This document shows, one piece after another, positions 51,901 to 64,000 of a DNA stretch of 64,000 bases. The stretch is from Macrostomum lignano (lineage: Eukaryota). Under the pieces are notes generated by a model. The model worked only from the letters and a program-made list of their open reading frames with translations, made no database searches and was not told where the DNA came from. The position numbers and the translations under genes were made by a program. Every line of letters starts with the position of its first letter. The first letter of the stretch is position 1. The stretch is from NCBI GenBank assembly GCA_002269645.1, contig NIVC01001960.1, positions 172,908 to 236,907 on the forward strand, read 5' to 3'.

Positions 51901-53676
51901 AGACTCAGCACTGGAGGGTATAGTATTGGAGGGTTAGACTCAGCACTGGAGGGTATAGTACTGGAGGGTTAGACTTAGCACTGGAGGGTAGTACTGGAGG
52001 GTTAGACTCAGCACTGGAGGGTAGTACTGGAGGGTCAGACTCAGCACTGGAGGGTAGTACTGGAGGGTCAGACTCAGCACTGGAGGGTAATACTGGAGGG
52101 TTAGACTCAGCACTGGAGGGTAGTACTGGAGGGTTAGACTCAGCACTGGAGGGTAGTACTGGAGGGTTAGACTCAGCACTGGAGGGCAACGGAGGGTCAA
52201 AATGTGTTGCCTAGTTTCCTGTCCTCACCCGGTAACTAGTCCTCAAGGACGCGGGATCGAGACCAGAGGTAACGTTGGTGAACGCACTCGATGTGCCGTA
52301 GTTGCTAACGGCGGTTGAGACGCTCGAGTCGCTGGTTGCGTCAATTGAAGTGTCGACATAATAATTTCTGGACGTGTCTGCAGATAGATATGAAAATCAG
52401 TGACAGCTGGGCTGAGCAAGCATTTTTTACGCCGGCAAGCATTTAGAAAATTCAAATAAGGAGGACTTACAGCGGTCAAAATAAACGCAGAAAAAATTGT
52501 CACTCGTCGTATTCGATGTGTAGGACGTGAAATTGCGATAAATCACTTCGGACTGATCGCATGACAGTGCATTTTCGCTGAAATTAAATATCGGGTTCAA
52601 ATTTCGGTTATAGCTCAGCTGTAATAGATTGGGGTGGGCAATTTAGGTATCAGACATCAGCAGTAACACTCACTACTTATAGGTGGAGATGCAGGTTGAA
52701 AAGCTTTCCTTTATAGCCAGCGGGCAGTCTGGATCACAGCAACAGTTTGTGTCGCACGCATTGCTGGTTAGGTCACACGTGCAAGATCCAAGAAAACCTA
52801 CAATATATGTTTTTTGCATGTGACAATTGCTATTTTAATGCTTGTTAGAGCCATGGTATCAATATTGCTATTGGTATAAGAGAGTTAGCATAAATAGTAA
52901 TTGGAGTAAAAATATGAAATGGGGCAATTTATTTATTTCCTTGATAGCTCGTATCTATTCCTAAATAGATACTTCTCAAATAGCTTATATATATTTAGGT
53001 AGATGCCTAAATGTGAAGTGTTATACTGTGAAATAATTGAGCAAAAAATGGTTGCTGCTGAATACCCAGTGAGATGCTGAACAACCATCGAGCAATATAT
53101 ATACAAAATTGCACAACTGGCCTTAATTCAGATGTCTATAAAAACTATTTTGCCTATTCATAACAAAAAAGAGCAAAATATAGAAGTGTAAATTATTGAC
53201 TATTTTTATTAAAACAAACTGGAAATATTCAAGCTGTTGACAGAGGGAGCAAAAAATAGAGCCCAATATTTAAGTGAATATAAAAAATGCATAAAAAATT
53301 CAGATGCAATGTTACCAAAGTACTCAATCAAAAGTACTTGGAGACTATATTGAGAATACATAAATTTTGTAGACTTTGACAGCCACTGCACTACGCTTCA
53401 CCCGATGTTAAAAGCCTCGGATCTTCATATGCCAGAATCCAGATAGCCCATCATTCTAGTTGATGAATCGAGAGCCCAGAGGAATAAACTAAAATTCACC
53501 TGATTTAAAAATAATCGATTACATTACACGGTTAGGGATATGCGAGAATTGTCAAGAAGATAATGCAATCGTAATACGAAATTAACTAAGAAAATCTTAC
53601 TACCTTCTGATTGTGACAGGACTCCACATAAAACTGAGGACAAAATAAAAAGTGCAATCCAAGAGGAAACCATCAT
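45908..53676 (-). CDS. TCTN: Tectonic-family transition-zone protein; exons 53604-53676, 52674-52797, 52471-52577, 52229-52377, 51170-51393, 49970-50180, 48937-49059, 47291-47878, 45908-46171 (620 aa)
   Basis: Signal peptide MMVSSWIALFILSSVLCGVLS, Cys motif CTCDLTSNACDTNCCCDPDC, FFCVYFD, SGNPGYLTGQPLLAG, VLFGEN..ASC, FIDV...LRLPTDFFYPLY and a hydrophobic tail. Nine exons join in frame (1863 nt). The last intron needs a GC donor. Confidence 0.9.
47939..48510. repeat. 16-bp minisatellite (GCGGTAGCTTAGGGGT)n
   Basis: Read directly; TCTN intron. Confidence 0.97.
48545..48805. repeat. Degenerate ~15-bp minisatellite (GAGGGTAGCTGAGGC), sharing the GGTAGCT core with the adjacent array
   Basis: Read directly. 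Confidence 0.9.
49190..49310. mobile_element. Diverged fragment related to the central domain of the 7.2-kb / 62.6-kb SINE family
   Basis: GTCAGGCATGTACAGTCTCTGTGCCTGGGG..GTTGGCCCTCA versus GTTAGGCATGTACACTTCACTGTGCCTTGGGGGTTGGCCCTCA. Confidence 0.45.
49400..49907. repeat. ~19-bp minisatellite (GAAAGTAGGGGCGGAAATT)n
   Basis: Read directly; TCTN intron. Confidence 0.93.
50194..50380. repeat. 15-bp minisatellite (GTCTGAGTCTATGGT)n
   Basis: Read directly; lies close to the TCTN acceptor at 50181. Confidence 0.95.
51410..52188. repeat. Composite 20/33-bp minisatellite (GACTCAGCACTGGAGGGTA core)
   Basis: Read directly; fills TCTN intron 51394-52228. Confidence 0.93.
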
Positions 53677-54021
53677 TGAAGCTTGGAAGGTGCTACCATG
53701 CAACCAAGCCCTGGGATTAGACAAAAAAAATGCAAAAAAATCTGATATCATTTTTGTAATTGCTTGGCTTAGTTACTAAGTAAAACAAAGTTTGTTGACC
53801 TGTTGACAAAATACGCTAAAAATAAGTTAAAAGTAATTTTATAAGTATTTTATTTGTACTTTTGCTAAAATTAATGATTTTTTCTTAGCATAGACAACTG
53901 ATACACTGACGCTAAAATAATTTGACTTGCTTTACTTTCAACTTTTTTTGTCTTTTAATGCCCGCAAATATTCAAAGTTTTTCAGATACTACTTTCGCCG
54001 GCTCGTACATTTTTAGTAAAA
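53677..54021. promoter_or_regulatory. Putative bidirectional promoter between TCTN and NPHP1, with a degenerate X-box-like motif at 53692-53704
   Basis: Divergent ATGs 345 bp apart. GCTACCATGCAAC (reverse GTTGCATGGTAGC) resembles an RFX X-box but is 13 bp and imperfect. Confidence 0.5.
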
Positions 54022-63523
<9,502 letters not shown>

Positions 63524-63593
63524 GTGAGTTATGATTTGAATTTGGTATCTGCATTGGTTTTGTTAAAAATTTCAGATTCAAGCTGGCTGAGAT

Positions 63594-63960
63594 CTGGGAT
63601 CTGGGATCTGATACCTTTGATCTGGGATCTGGGATCTGGTATCCGGGATCTGGCATCTGGGATCTGGTATCTGGTATCTGGGATCTGGGATCTGGGATCT
63701 GGGATCTGGTATCTGGGATCTGGTATCTAGGATCTGGTACCTTTGATTTGGGATATGGTACCTTTGATCTAGGATCTGAGACCTGGGATCTGGGATCTGA
63801 TATCTGGGATCTGGGATCTAGTATCTGGGATCTGGTATCTGGGATCTGGTATCTGGGATTTGGGATCTGGGATCTGGGATCTGGGATCTGGCATCTGGGA
63901 TCTGGTATCTGGGATCTGGTACCTTTGATCTATAGGATCTGAGACCTGGGATCTGTGATC
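63594..63960. repeat. 7-bp repeat (GGGATCT / GGTATCT)n
   Basis: Read directly. Confidence 0.93.
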
Positions 63961-64000
63961 TGGTACTTTGAAGCCATGCATCTTATCCAGAGGTTATCTC

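Overview
Eukaryotic (metazoan) genomic DNA with GC-rich, Ala/Gly-rich exons and AT-rich or minisatellite-filled introns. The style resembles a free-living flatworm such as Macrostomum, which is an inference and not confirmed. Six conserved genes could be spliced by hand: STAMBP/AMSH (+), GAPVD1 (+), dynein-1 light intermediate chain (-), NABP/SOSS-B (-), Tectonic (-) and NPHP1 (+, running off the window end). There is also one orphan acidic/basic ORF. Tectonic and NPHP1, both ciliary transition-zone genes, sit head-to-head about 345 bp apart. The last GAPVD1 intron holds two Neptune-like Penelope-like elements (PLEs), each bounded by (CT)n tracts and carrying minimal hammerhead ribozymes. The complete element also encodes an SGNH-like domain that lacks the catalytic residues. 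A third PLE forms a 360-bp inverted repeat inside a mariner derivative and has a 40-nt piece of 18S rRNA at its inversion junction. The window also contains tRNA-SINEs, hAT-type MITEs, mariner and gag remnants and many minisatellites. Several single-base frameshifts in otherwise intact genes look like long-read consensus errors. Most of the long ORFs in the supplied track are repeat artefacts.
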